DNA of 40,799 nucleotides from Candidatus Falkowbacteria bacterium LH_S3 (GTDB taxonomy: Bacteria; Patescibacteriota; Patescibacteriia; Patescibacteriales; JAGXOH01): NCBI GenBank assembly GCA_023659985.1, contig JAGXOH010000003.1, forward strand, positions 1-40,799, written 5' to 3'. Positions 10,660 to 19,508 of the stretch are shown here, piece by piece. The notes under the pieces are model-generated. The model did not search any database. It saw only the letters and a program-made list of their open reading frames with translations, and was not told the DNA's origin. Position 1 is the first letter of the stretch. Each line of letters opens with the position of its first letter. A program made the translations under genes and the position numbers.

Positions 10660-11190
10660 AGAAAATTTGCCTTCGGCAAATTGTTGAAAGTTGAAAGTTG
10701 AAAGAATAATTTGCCTTCTGCTAAATTGTTGAAAGTTGAAAGCCGAATTCTGAAAGAAGAATTCCTTCGGAATTGCCGAATGCTGAATGCATAAAAATTA
10801 AAGATATTAAATATAGTTGAAACTCAAAATTCAAAACTTAAAACGTAAAACCAAAAGTCAAAATTCAAAACCAAAATTTAAATGAAATCCAAAATCCAAA
10901 AAATATGATTGAAACGTAAAACTCAAAGTTCAAAACGCAAAACCAAAAATTAAATAAAATCCAAAATCCAAAGCTCAAATGTCAAATAAATGTCAAATGA
11001 CTAAATGTCAAATGTTGTAATCTTGTAAATTATAAATTATATGCCGTGGGTTTCTGGCTTAATATTTTTATGCGTTCAGCGTTAAGCAGTCAAGCTTTGC
11101 TTGACTAATTTGGCATTAGGATTTTGGATTTCATTTGGCATTAGGATTTTGGCATTAGGATTTTAGTAAGTATTTGAGCTTTGACATTTT
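10660..11190. repeat. Composite heptamer/hairpin repeat region with an A-rich left arm and T-rich right arm
   Basis: AATTTGCCTTCGGCAAATT(GTTGAAA)n, then TCAAAAC, TCCAAAA and GTCAAAT runs, then complementary TTTGGCA, TTAGGAT and TTTGACA runs. Confidence 0.9.
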
Positions 11191-11201
11191 GGCACAAACC
11201 C

Positions 11202-11230
11202 TTGACAAAATTATAATAGTTTGCTATACT
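11202..11230 (+). promoter_or_regulatory. Sigma70-type promoter
   Basis: TTGACA-N17-TATACT with extended -10 TG. Confidence 0.8.
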
Positions 11231-11237
11231 AAAATAT

Positions 11238-11476
11238 CAATTGAAAATGAGGCTAATGAGGCTAAATTCATTTTTAATTGTTCAAAATAGCTCTTTGATA
11301 AAACAAAATTGGTGGAAAATTCAGTTTTGCCGCTTCTTCTATAAAGAGCGCAGAGGATATTTCTAGTAAAAGTATCTTGCGTGCTCTTCATAGAGGAGAG
11401 ATGGCGAAACCAGCGGCCAAAGAACTGCTGGTATTCCACGCTCTTGAGACTATCTTTTGGGATAAAACCAAGTCTC
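11238..11476 (+). ncRNA. Putative structured leader RNA / ncRNA
   Basis: Several long complementary stems and a boxA-like GCTCTTTGA between the promoter and the AGGAGG RBS. Confidence 0.5.
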
Positions 11477-11504
11477 TGGGATAAGAAAAAAAGGAGGAAG
11501 AAAA

Positions 11505-12056
11505 ATGAAGTTTTATGAAATTGATTTCCGGCATGCGGGGGATACTCCAATGATGAAATTGGAGAGTGATGAGGAATTGAAAGGAACTCTCCAGATTCAA
11601 ACTCCTACTAGGAAACAGGAAGGAATCGAAATCCCCATTATAGGGGAAGGTTTTGAAGTTAAAGTCAATAGAACGGACAAGGGGCTTATCCTCGTCTGGG
11701 GTGATTGGGACAAGGGGAAAGATGAGCGTTGCTTAGTTCTCCTAAAAGGAAGGAGTTTCAGCAGCTTCGATTGTGATTATGATAAGGCTGATAACATCCA
11801 ACTTCTGACAAGTGGTTGGGGTAAAAGCAGGAAGAGGAGATTCTATGCTAATTTTCTACTGTTACTGGATGTAGGAGCAAAGTTTTTTCTTAGAAAACAT
11901 CCTCGTCGCGAGTTCTCCTCTTTTTGGTATACATGGGGGGGGAGCATCGTGGACCGTAGAAGAGGAATATACTTGGAAAAAGCGGCAAAACCGCTTAGCA
12001 TTAGAAAATGCAGTAGAAAATGGAGAATGGCTGTGAATTTCCATTATTTTCCTTAG
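11505..12056 (+). CDS. Hypothetical protein, probably frameshifted at a G8 tract (11935-11942)
   Basis: Strong AGGAGG RBS. Removing one G gives a C-terminus ending GEWL* at 12036. Confidence 0.6.
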   Translation: MKFYEIDFRHAGDTPMMKLESDEELKGTLQIQTPTRKQEGIEIPIIGEGFEVKVNRTDKGLILVWGDWDKGKDERCLVLLKGRSFSSFDCDYDKADNIQLLTSGWGKSRKRRFYANFLLLLDVGAKFFLRKHPRREFSSFWYTWGGSIVDRRRGIYLEKAAKPLSIRKCSRKWRMAVNFHYFP

Positions 12057-12121
12057 TGATCTCCACAGAGACCTTGAGCATGTCTTTAAACTGCTCTTTT
12101 TTATTCTCAAAATTTCAAAAA

Positions 12122-12150
12122 TTTACAATCCTTCAATTTTTTGCTACAAT
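12122..12150 (+). promoter_or_regulatory. Promoter of the tRNA-rpsT cluster
   Basis: TTTACA-N17-TACAAT with extended -10 TG. Confidence 0.6.
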
Positions 12151-12314
12151 ATAATTAACTTTTGTTTTGCGGTTTGAGATTTTGCGAAACGCCGCAAGCG
12201 TTTCACTCAAAAAAGGTTCGCGCATTTTCAATTATAGTCCACAGTTCAATTGTAAATAGTAGCTCATAAATGAGGGCAAGATTAAGTTTTTAATTCGTAG
12301 TCAATTTTTATAAC

Positions 12315-12387
12315 AGCGGGGTGGAGCAGGTGGCAGCTCGCCAGGCCCATAACCTGGAGGTCGTAGGTTCGAATCCTACCCCCGCAA
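12315..12387 (+). tRNA. tRNA-Met(CAT), initiator type
   Basis: fMet-like GCGGGGTGGAGCAG...CCCCGCAA, 1:72 mismatch, CAT anticodon; no encoded CCA. Confidence 0.9.
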
Positions 12388-12429
12388 CATTCTCATTGAT
12401 AATTTTTATAATTTAAGTTCAATCAGTAA

Positions 12430-12501
12430 GCCGGGGTAGCTCAGTGGTAGAGCAAATGACTGAAAATCATTGTGTCATGAGTTCAATTCTCATCCCTGGC
12501 A
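12430..12501 (+). tRNA. tRNA-Phe(GAA)
   Basis: Cloverleaf with anticodon arm AATGA-CTGAAAA-TCATT; no encoded CCA. Confidence 0.93.
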
Positions 12502-12550
12502 CATTTTCGTTTATAATTTCAGGATTTAATTTATGAATCTTAAATAAGAA

Positions 12551-12624
12551 CGGAGTGTGGCCTAGATGGCTAAGGCGCGTGCTTTGGGAGCACGAGATCC
12601 CGGGTTCAAGTCCCGGCGCTCCGA
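12551..12624 (+). tRNA. tRNA-Pro(TGG)
   Basis: CGGAGTG/CGCTCCG acceptor and anticodon arm CGTGC-TTTGGGA-GCACG. Confidence 0.93.
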
Positions 12625-12730
12625 CCCTTAAAATTAGAAGTCAGAAATTAACAGTCGTGAATTAGTTTGGTGAAGATATAAATTTTTATTATGATAATTC
12701 GTAATTAATAATTTGAAATTTTTTATTTCT

Positions 12731-13009
12731 ATGCCTAATACAAAATCAGCTAAAAAAGAATTAAAAAAGAACGCAAAACAAAAGGTTTATAACCAAGACA
12801 TTAAAGGTAATGTCAAAAATTTAATGAAGAAGAGCCAAAAAGCCATACTGGCCAGGGAAGATGGTGCTAAAGATTTGCTGTCCCAAACTTTAAAAGCATT
12901 GGATAAAGCGGCTCAAAAAGGCGTTCTTAAAAAGAACACGACTGATAGAAAAAAATCTAAGATACACAAGTTGTTTAATAAGAAGACAGCGGAAAAGAAA
13001 GATAAATAA
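12731..13009 (+). CDS. rpsT: 30S ribosomal protein S20
   Basis: MPNTKSAKK...LDKAAQKGVLKKNTTDRKKS. Confidence 0.95.
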   Translation: MPNTKSAKKELKKNAKQKVYNQDIKGNVKNLMKKSQKAILAREDGAKDLLSQTLKALDKAAQKGVLKKNTTDRKKSKIHKLFNKKTAEKKDK

Positions 13010-13045
13010 TTTTTATTGTTCCAGCAGTGTTTATTTTATTTTTAC

Positions 13046-13071
13046 AAGAACAGGGCATTACCCTGTTCTTT
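13046..13071 (+). terminator. Stem-loop after rpsT
   Basis: AAGAACAGGG-CATTA-CCCTGTTCTT, a perfect 10-bp stem. Confidence 0.65.
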
Positions 13072-13095
13072 GGTTCATATTATCATTTAATTAGG

Positions 13096-13168
13096 GCATC
13101 CTTGGCTCAGGGGTTAGAGCGCTGCCTTCACACGGCAGAGGTCGTAGGTTCAAATCCTACAGGATGCA
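13096..13168 (+). tRNA. tRNA-Val(CAC)
   Basis: GCATCCT/AGGATGC acceptor and anticodon arm CTGCC-TTCACAC-GGCAG. Confidence 0.92.
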
Positions 13169-13170
13169 CT

Positions 13171-13400
13171 AAGAAAATTTGCTTTCAGCAAATTGCCAAA
13201 CGTTGAAAGTTGAAAGTTGAAAGAATAAATTGAATTAAGCAAAGCTTAATTGTTGAAGGTTGAAGGTCGAACGTTGAAGGTTGAAAGAAAAAAATGGTTA
13301 ATTATTGAAAGTTGAAAGAATAATTTGCCGAAGACAAATTTAATGCCAAATATATTCTTACAGCTTAGAGCTTTGAGCAATTTTCCTTAGGAGGAAAATT
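13171..13400 (+). repeat. Hairpin + (GTTGAAN)n array
   Basis: Same units as 7153-7645, including AATTAAGCAAAGCTTAATT and GTTGAAGGTCGAACGTTGAA. Confidence 0.9.
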
Positions 13401-13424
13401 TTTTAAGTATACGTTTGTTGTAAC

Positions 13425-13496
13425 GGGCCTGTAGTTCAGGGGTAGAACGCCGCGTTCGCAACGCGGAAGTCATCGGTTCAAATCCGATCAGGTCCA
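13425..13496 (+). tRNA. tRNA-Ala(CGC)
   Basis: G3:U70 identity pair and anticodon arm CCGCG-TTCGCAA-CGCGG. Confidence 0.93.
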
Positions 13497-13655
13497 CCCC
13501 TAAAAAGAATATAAATCCGGAAGCCGAAAAGTTTTTGTATTTGTTGGTCACTAAGATAAGACTTTTGCTAAGGCAAAGACTTTTTTGAATTCAAAGCATA
13601 AATTGGGGTGTTTTGTTTTTACATTTAAGTTTTTGGACTTTTGGAATTAATAACT

Positions 13656-14534
13656 ATGTCTCGTCGGGTTGTTTTTTATTTTTTATTGATTTTAATTCTC
13701 CTATTTTCACTTTTTTCCCTTTATTATTTAAAAGCAACCAAAAACAAGCTTCAGGTCAATTTTTTTGATGTGGGTCAGGGTGATTCTATTTTAATAGAAG
13801 CTCCTGCTGGCCAAAATATTTTAATAGACGGCGGCCCGGATGACAAAGTTTTGTTTCAGTTAGGAAGAAGTTTGCCTTTTTGGGATAGAACCATTGACTT
13901 AATGATTCTTACTCATCCTCATAGTGATCATATTTCCGGATTGATAGAAGTTTTGGATAGATATAATGTAAAAAAAGTCTTGTATACGGATGTGGGGTGT
14001 CATTCAACCCTTTACCATAAGTGGGAGAGAGCCATAGCTGGAAAGAATATTAAAGTTATGACGACAAAGAGTCAACAAAAAATAAAGTTAAGCCAAAATT
14101 GTTATTTAAAAATATTGTCTCCTTTAACCTTTTTGCCAAACAAAGATATAGATAATTTAAATAATAGCTCAATTGTTTCCAAGTTAGATTGTCAAAATAC
14201 CTCTTTTTTGTTTACCGGAGATATAGAAAGGCGAGCCAAGGAGGAGTTGGTTGCTTCCGAGTTTGATTTACAAGCCGAGATTTTAAAAGCCGCCCATCAC
14301 GGGGACAGAGAAGAAGGAAGTGGTTTTTTGAAAGAAGTTTCTCCTGAGATGGTCGTAGTGTCTGTGGGAGATAATGATTATGGCCTTCCAGATATGCTAT
14401 ATTTGCGAAAATTGAAAGATAAGGGTATACAAGTTTTTAGAACTGACAATCAGGGGACTGTTATTTTTGAAAAAGATAATTCCCAAGCTAATGTGGAGTT
14501 CGGCTCTTTAGGTATAGAAGACATTTTTTATTAA
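13656..14534 (+). CDS. ComEC/Rec2-family metallo-beta-lactamase-fold protein (stand-alone MBL domain)
   Basis: FFDVGQGDS, LIDGG, THPHSDH, LFTGD, HHG and RTD.QG motifs; N-terminal TM segment. Confidence 0.9.
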   Translation: MSRRVVFYFLLILILLFSLFSLYYLKATKNKLQVNFFDVGQGDSILIEAPAGQNILIDGGPDDKVLFQLGRSLPFWDRTIDLMILTHPHSDHISGLIEVLDRYNVKKVLYTDVGCHSTLYHKWERAIAGKNIKVMTTKSQQKIKLSQNCYLKILSPLTFLPNKDIDNLNNSSIVSKLDCQNTSFLFTGDIERRAKEELVASEFDLQAEILKAAHHGDREEGSGFLKEVSPEMVVVSVGDNDYGLPDMLYLRKLKDKGIQVFRTDNQGTVIFEKDNSQANVEFGSLGIEDIFY

Positions 14535-14728
14535 GGTGAACAAGTTCAGATAGATTGGACTCCAAAACAACTAAAAAGTAAATGCAAATAGGATTTAAGT
14601 TTCATAATTACGGATTTGCTATATTGGGACAATTATTGGTACAATAATAGTAATTTGTGGATTATATTTTCGTCCAACTTATATCCAGTAGTGTTTTTTG
14701 ATTATTTGACCTTCATTTGACATTAAAT

Positions 14729-15136
14729 ATGTTTGAAACTCAAAACTCAAAGTTAAAAACGTAAAACCAAAACTCAAAATTCAAAACTGAATTAAAACAT
14801 CGTTGTTATTATTTTTCAATTCAAATAATCAAATTTTTAGAAACATTACCAGAAAAGAAAGTTTATTGGGTGATTTCAGACCAATTACTAAGATCAGCTA
14901 CTTCTATCGGAGCTAACATTGTTGAAGCTAAAGCATCAAGTTCTAAACGAGAATTTATTAAGTTTTATAAAATTGCTTTGAAGTCTGCCAACGAAACTAA
15001 ATATTGGCTAGGATTATTAAGAGATGCAACTCAGGCTGATAAAAAGAAAATTAACCAGATTTTATTAGAAGTTGAAGAAATATCAAAAATATTAGGTTCC
15101 AGTTTATTAACTTTGAAAAACAAGAAGGAGTTTTAA
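14729..15136 (+). pseudogene. Four-helix-bundle protein (23S rRNA IVS protein / Avd-like family), in-frame TAA at 14762-14764
   Basis: QLLRSATSIGANIVEA..SSSKREFIKFYKIALKSANETKYWL. The same frame upstream of the track ORF encodes SKFKTELKHRCYYFSIQIIKFL. Confidence 0.8.
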
Positions 15137-15345
15137 GTTTTAAGTTGTAGTTTTTAGCTTTAAGTTTTTAGCTTTAAGTTTTTAGCTTTAAGTTTTAAGC
15201 TTTAACATTTGACATTTGAGCTTTGACATTTAATTTGTTATTTAGTCATTTGAAATTCATTTGACATTAAGATTTTGTCATTTGGATTTTATTGTATGTC
15301 ATTAGGATTTTATTAAGTATTTGAGCTTTGGATTTTGGATTTCAA
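15131..15345. repeat. T-rich heptamer arm downstream of the four-helix-bundle gene
   Basis: GTTTTAA, GTTTTTA and GCTTTAA units, then CATTTGA units; complementary to the A-rich arm at 14735-14790. Confidence 0.9.
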
Positions 15346-15428
15346 TGTTACAATTGCAGCAATTAGGGTTACATTTTGGATTTCAAATAACTAAATGATA
15401 TAATAATTAATAGGTCTAATTAATAAGT

Positions 15429-18359
15429 ATGTTATTTATGACTATTTTTAAATTGCCACAGAAGAAGTTTATTTTTTTCAAATTATTGGTTTGCTCAATT
15501 TTTTGTTTTGTTTTTTTGTTTGCGATCGGCTTGAAAATTCCTGAATTTTTTACTGTAAAAAAAGCTTCTGCCACTATTGCCGAGTCCAGTAAATATCTGC
15601 CTTTAGATCCGGCTAACAAGAACATCAATATTAACGGTTACAATATAGAAATGTCAGGCGGTTGGCTTACTTATGATGGAGACAATGAAGGGATATACAT
15701 AGGAACAAACGGCAACGTAGGCATTGGCACCACTAGTCCCGCTTATAAGTTTCAAACCATGGGTTACGGTTATTTTTCCCAACCTGTAACTGTTGGCACC
15801 CCAACAGCAGACACCCATGTCACTACTAAGTCCTATGTAGATTCAGAGCTCCAAAGCGCTACTACCACAGTGGAAGACACCTATGTCAACGAATCTGGCG
15901 ACACCATGACTGGAGCTTTAGACATCCAGCAACCAGATACAGGCGATATATTTAACATTTCAAGTAGCACGGCAGGGGATTTGATGACTATAACCAATGC
16001 CGGCAACGTCGGCATCGGGACGACGGGACCAAGTAGAAAACTGGATGTAAATGGTGACATTAGAATAAGAGGGAATGACATCTTCGAATCCGGTAATAAT
16101 AATTTCTTAACAATGAATTACGATGATACTTCTCGTATGCGGACTCACAGGCTTGATATTGGTAGACACCTTGACGCATACAAAGACTGGGGTGGAGAAG
16201 GCGATACTCTATTCCTTGGTTGGTCCACCGCCAATAGTGTTCTTGGGTACAACGGAGCTAGCTCAGGAGATGTTGCAAATGTTGGTGTCTTGGTCACTCA
16301 GGACACTGCATTTAAAGGCAACGTCGGCATCGGCACCACCAATCCTTCCTATGCTCTGGATGTAGCAGGTTATGGTCAATTCTCCCAACCCGTAACTGTC
16401 GGTACTCCTATAGCAGATACCCATGCCACCACCAAGTCCTATGTGGATTCAGAGCTTTCAGAAGCTACCTCTACAGCAGAAAACACCTATGTTAACGAAT
16501 CAGGCGACACCATGACTGGAGCTTTAAACATGAATAGCAATATTGATCTCAACTCCAATACACTGTTTATAAATAAAGGTGATGGTTTAGAGATGGGTCG
16601 TGATGATAGTATATGTAGTAGTAATGATTGTTACTATTTAGCAAAAACAGATGCAAATGCTGCAGATCCGGACGGCGAATTTTCTATTGGCGAGAGAGGA
16701 AATGATGACATTTTTAACGCCTGGATGCATTTTGACAGCGGCAACGTCGGCATCGGGACGACAAATCCGAGTACAGCGTTGGAAGTAAATGGGATCTACG
16801 AGACTGGCTTGGGTAATAGTTACGATAAGATACGTGTGTATCCTTCCTCAAGTTACACTATTGGAATGAAATCAGCCCAAACATTGGGCTTTCTTAACGA
16901 CTGGGCGACTACTTTTACCATGAATGCTGATAATAACCGAGGTTGGCTCTGGAGAGATACCTCAGATGCTGCTTCTGATGGTGCCATGAGTTTAACGACT
17001 AATGGAAGATTATATGTAAAAAGTACGGCTGCATTTAGCGGCAACGTCGGCATCGGGACGACGGGGCCCGCTTACGCTCTGGATGTAGCAGGTTATGGTC
17101 AATTTGCTCAACCCGTAACTGTTGGCACCCCAACAGCAAATACGCACGCTGCCACCAAGAGTTATGTGGATAGTGAGATTGGATCAGTTAGCGATACCTA
17201 TGTTAACGAATCAGGCGACACCATGACTGGGAATTTGGCCTTTACTCCTACTGGACCTAGTGCTCAGATTGGAGATACTTTTGCTGATAATACCTACAAG
17301 AGTTATATTAATTTTAATGCTGGTTCTGGTTCAAATGATCCGGGGTATATTATGCATGAAACTTCTGGAACTAGTACTAATGAAGGGGTTTTGCATATTA
17401 TTCCTTCGGATGATAATCAGTATGGAGATTATGTCTCTATTCATGGAACCAACGATTCTGATATGATTAAACTTCATACCTCTGGAGATATTGAAGGGAT
17501 AAATACAATACGATTCCAAGATTCAGACAGAAGAATTTATGGAATATCATCGGACGGTAATGACACGGTAGTTATTGATGGAAATTGGAACGAGCTTCTC
17601 GAAATGGGGAGAGTGATTGGTTGGACAGGTTCAAATTTTTACATAGGATCTAACTGGGATACTGTAGATCACACTGATGATATGATAGAAATCGGCCGCG
17701 ATGTGGGACATCTCGAATTTGAAGATACCACTGGAGAAGTAATGAGAGTAACTGGAGGCAATGTCGGCATTGGAGCAACAGCACCTGCTGAAAAACTTGA
17801 AGTTGCAGGTAACATCAGGCTAGATGATGGCGGGGATGCGTATATTGAGAATCAGTCTGGTTATGTAGGTATTAGGCCGCATGATGCTACTCATGGTTTA
17901 ATTATGCGTGACTTTGACGGAAATAGCACCAATTGGAGTGGAATTCGGACTCAGGATGACGGAAGTATGGAACTGAGGGCGGATGGCGGGTCTTACAGTC
18001 AGCTTGTTTTAGCAGATAACGGCAATGTCGGCCTCGGGACGGCGAGTCCGGGGGCGAAGTTGGATGTAGCAGGCGGCGGGTCATTCGGCAACCCTGTGAC
18101 TGTCGGCACCCCAACAGCAGCAAGTCACGCCGCTACCAAAGATTATGTTGATTCTAATTTTGGGGGTGGTTCTTATAAAGCAAATACAGTTGATCAAGAT
18201 TATAGTGGGGGTTGCAATTGTGATAAAGATAATTGCGCTAGTGGATACGATAATGTGGATAATATTGATTGTACGATAACAAATTATTGTGTAAGTGATC
18301 AGTATGAATGTAGAGGATACGAAACATGTAGCTGCACTTGCAATGTTTGTGAAGAATAA
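15429..18359 (+). CDS. Large membrane-anchored fibre/adhesin-like protein with GNVGIGTT repeats
   Basis: N-terminal TM, 7 GNVG(I/L)G motifs, 4 TVGTP..HxxTKxYVD motifs, 3 YVNESGDTMTG motifs, Cys-rich C-terminus. Confidence 0.8.
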   Translation: MLFMTIFKLPQKKFIFFKLLVCSIFCFVFLFAIGLKIPEFFTVKKASATIAESSKYLPLDPANKNININGYNIEMSGGWLTYDGDNEGIYIGTNGNVGIGTTSPAYKFQTMGYGYFSQPVTVGTPTADTHVTTKSYVDSELQSATTTVEDTYVNESGDTMTGALDIQQPDTGDIFNISSSTAGDLMTITNAGNVGIGTTGPSRKLDVNGDIRIRGNDIFESGNNNFLTMNYDDTSRMRTHRLDIGRHLDAYKDWGGEGDTLFLGWSTANSVLGYNGASSGDVANVGVLVTQDTAFKGNVGIGTTNPSYALDVAGYGQFSQPVTVGTPIADTHATTKSYVDSELSEATSTAENTYVNESGDTMTGALNMNSNIDLNSNTLFINKGDGLEMGRDDSICSSNDCYYLAKTDANAADPDGEFSIGERGNDDIFNAWMHFDSGNVGIGTTNPSTALEVNGIYETGLGNSYDKIRVYPSSSYTIGMKSAQTLGFLNDWATTFTMNADNNRGWLWRDTSDAASDGAMSLTTNGRLYVKSTAAFSGNVGIGTTGPAYALDVAGYGQFAQPVTVGTPTANTHAATKSYVDSEIGSVSDTYVNESGDTMTGNLAFTPTGPSAQIGDTFADNTYKSYINFNAGSGSNDPGYIMHETSGTSTNEGVLHIIPSDDNQYGDYVSIHGTNDSDMIKLHTSGDIEGINTIRFQDSDRRIYGISSDGNDTVVIDGNWNELLEMGRVIGWTGSNFYIGSNWDTVDHTDDMIEIGRDVGHLEFEDTTGEVMRVTGGNVGIGATAPAEKLEVAGNIRLDDGGDAYIENQSGYVGIRPHDATHGLIMRDFDGNSTNWSGIRTQDDGSMELRADGGSYSQLVLADNGNVGLGTASPGAKLDVAGGGSFGNPVTVGTPTAASHAATKDYVDSNFGGGSYKANTVDQDYSGGCNCDKDNCASGYDNVDNIDCTITNYCVSDQYECRGYETCSCTCNVCEE

Positions 18360-18393
18360 ATTTAACCGGTGGTTTTTCGGGTTACCCATTTTA

Positions 18394-18538
18394 AATTAAG
18401 CAAAACTTAGAAAATTTGCTTTCAGCAAATTGTTGAAAGTTGAAAGTTCAAAGCTACAACTTAAAGCTTAAAACTCAAAATTTCTTAACAATGTTTTAAT
18501 TCAGTTTTGAACTTTGAGTTTTGCGTTTCAACTATATT
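18394..18538 (-). repeat. Hairpin/GTTGAAA unit plus an empty (gene-less) four-helix-bundle cassette
   Basis: Reverse complement of 18487-18511 matches 14780-14804 at 24/25 nt and is joined directly to the cassette's 3' arm sequence. Confidence 0.8.
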
Positions 18539-18660
18539 TTATGTTATAATTAATTTAAAGGTCGATTTATGTATTTTATAATTAACATACTTAAAAATTA
18601 ATTAATTGGGTATTTTGTTGGCAGTAGCTAAGCCAACAAAGGCCTTTCCTTTATTAAATT

Positions 18661-19389
18661 ATGGAAGACACAAAAAAGAAGATTTTTATTGTTGTTGCTA
18701 TTTTGGTAGTAGTCGGCATAGTCGGCTATTTACTGCTTAGTAATCAGCAGGTAAAGGAATCTTTACAACCACAAGAGCAACAAGAAGGAGAAAATATGAC
18801 TGAAGCTTCTGAAGAGATGAACGAGGAAGCTGCGAAAGAGACTGAAAATCTTATAGAAGAAGCTCAACAGAAAGCGCAAGAACAAGGAACAAGCACCAGG
18901 AACGAGGTAACTTGGCAGGAAGAAGGCGAGGGAACCTCTACGAAATCTAAAACTGGAGTCAGAATGGCTGAAGGAGGTAGTCCCATAGATACCCAAACTG
19001 GCAAAGTGGTTACAGAAGAAGGAGAAAAAGCAGATAATGCGGCTACTCCTGGATCTCCGGAAGCTCCAACTCAGTCTTTTACTACTAGTGAAGAAGATCT
19101 TCCTGAGAGTACTGTCAAAATGAAAATTACGCAGTCAAGTATTGATCCTGCTGAATTTTCTGTCAGTCCTGGCCAAGCCGTATCTATATCAGTTACTGCG
19201 GCAGGAGATGCTACTGAGATTTTCAGATTTGACGATCCATCTTTAGAAGGTGTAGCTGTAGGCGTAGCTCCGGGAAAGACTCGGGCTATAACCTTTAACG
19301 CCCCGACTGACACAGGTGACTACACTTATTATTCAGACGTTGCCAATCACAGAGCGTTAGGAGCTAAAGGAGTGATGATTGTAGAGTAG
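18661..19389 (+). CDS. Membrane-anchored cupredoxin-like domain protein
   Basis: N-terminal TM and acidic linker, then PAEFSVSPGQAV...ITFNAP..GDYTYYSDVANHRALGAKGVMIVE. Confidence 0.8.
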   Translation: MEDTKKKIFIVVAILVVVGIVGYLLLSNQQVKESLQPQEQQEGENMTEASEEMNEEAAKETENLIEEAQQKAQEQGTSTRNEVTWQEEGEGTSTKSKTGVRMAEGGSPIDTQTGKVVTEEGEKADNAATPGSPEAPTQSFTTSEEDLPESTVKMKITQSSIDPAEFSVSPGQAVSISVTAAGDATEIFRFDDPSLEGVAVGVAPGKTRAITFNAPTDTGDYTYYSDVANHRALGAKGVMIVE

Positions 19390-19408
19390 GCTAAATTTGA
19401 TCAATGTT

Positions 19409-19443
19409 AAAAGCTCCCTTTCTTTATAGAGGGGGAGTTTTTT
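19409..19443 (+). terminator. Intrinsic terminator
   Basis: GCTCCCTTTCT/AGAGGGGGAGT stem followed by a T run. Confidence 0.7.
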
Positions 19444-19508
19444 GTAGCCAATGATGTGATACAATATAGTTGAATGTCAAAGCTAAAAACTAAAAGCTAA
19501 AGGTTGAA

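Noticed and set aside
14729-18359. Diversity-generating retroelement (Avd-like gene next to a fibre-like gene)
   Set aside because: There is no reverse transcriptase and no template/variable repeat pair differing only at adenines in this window.
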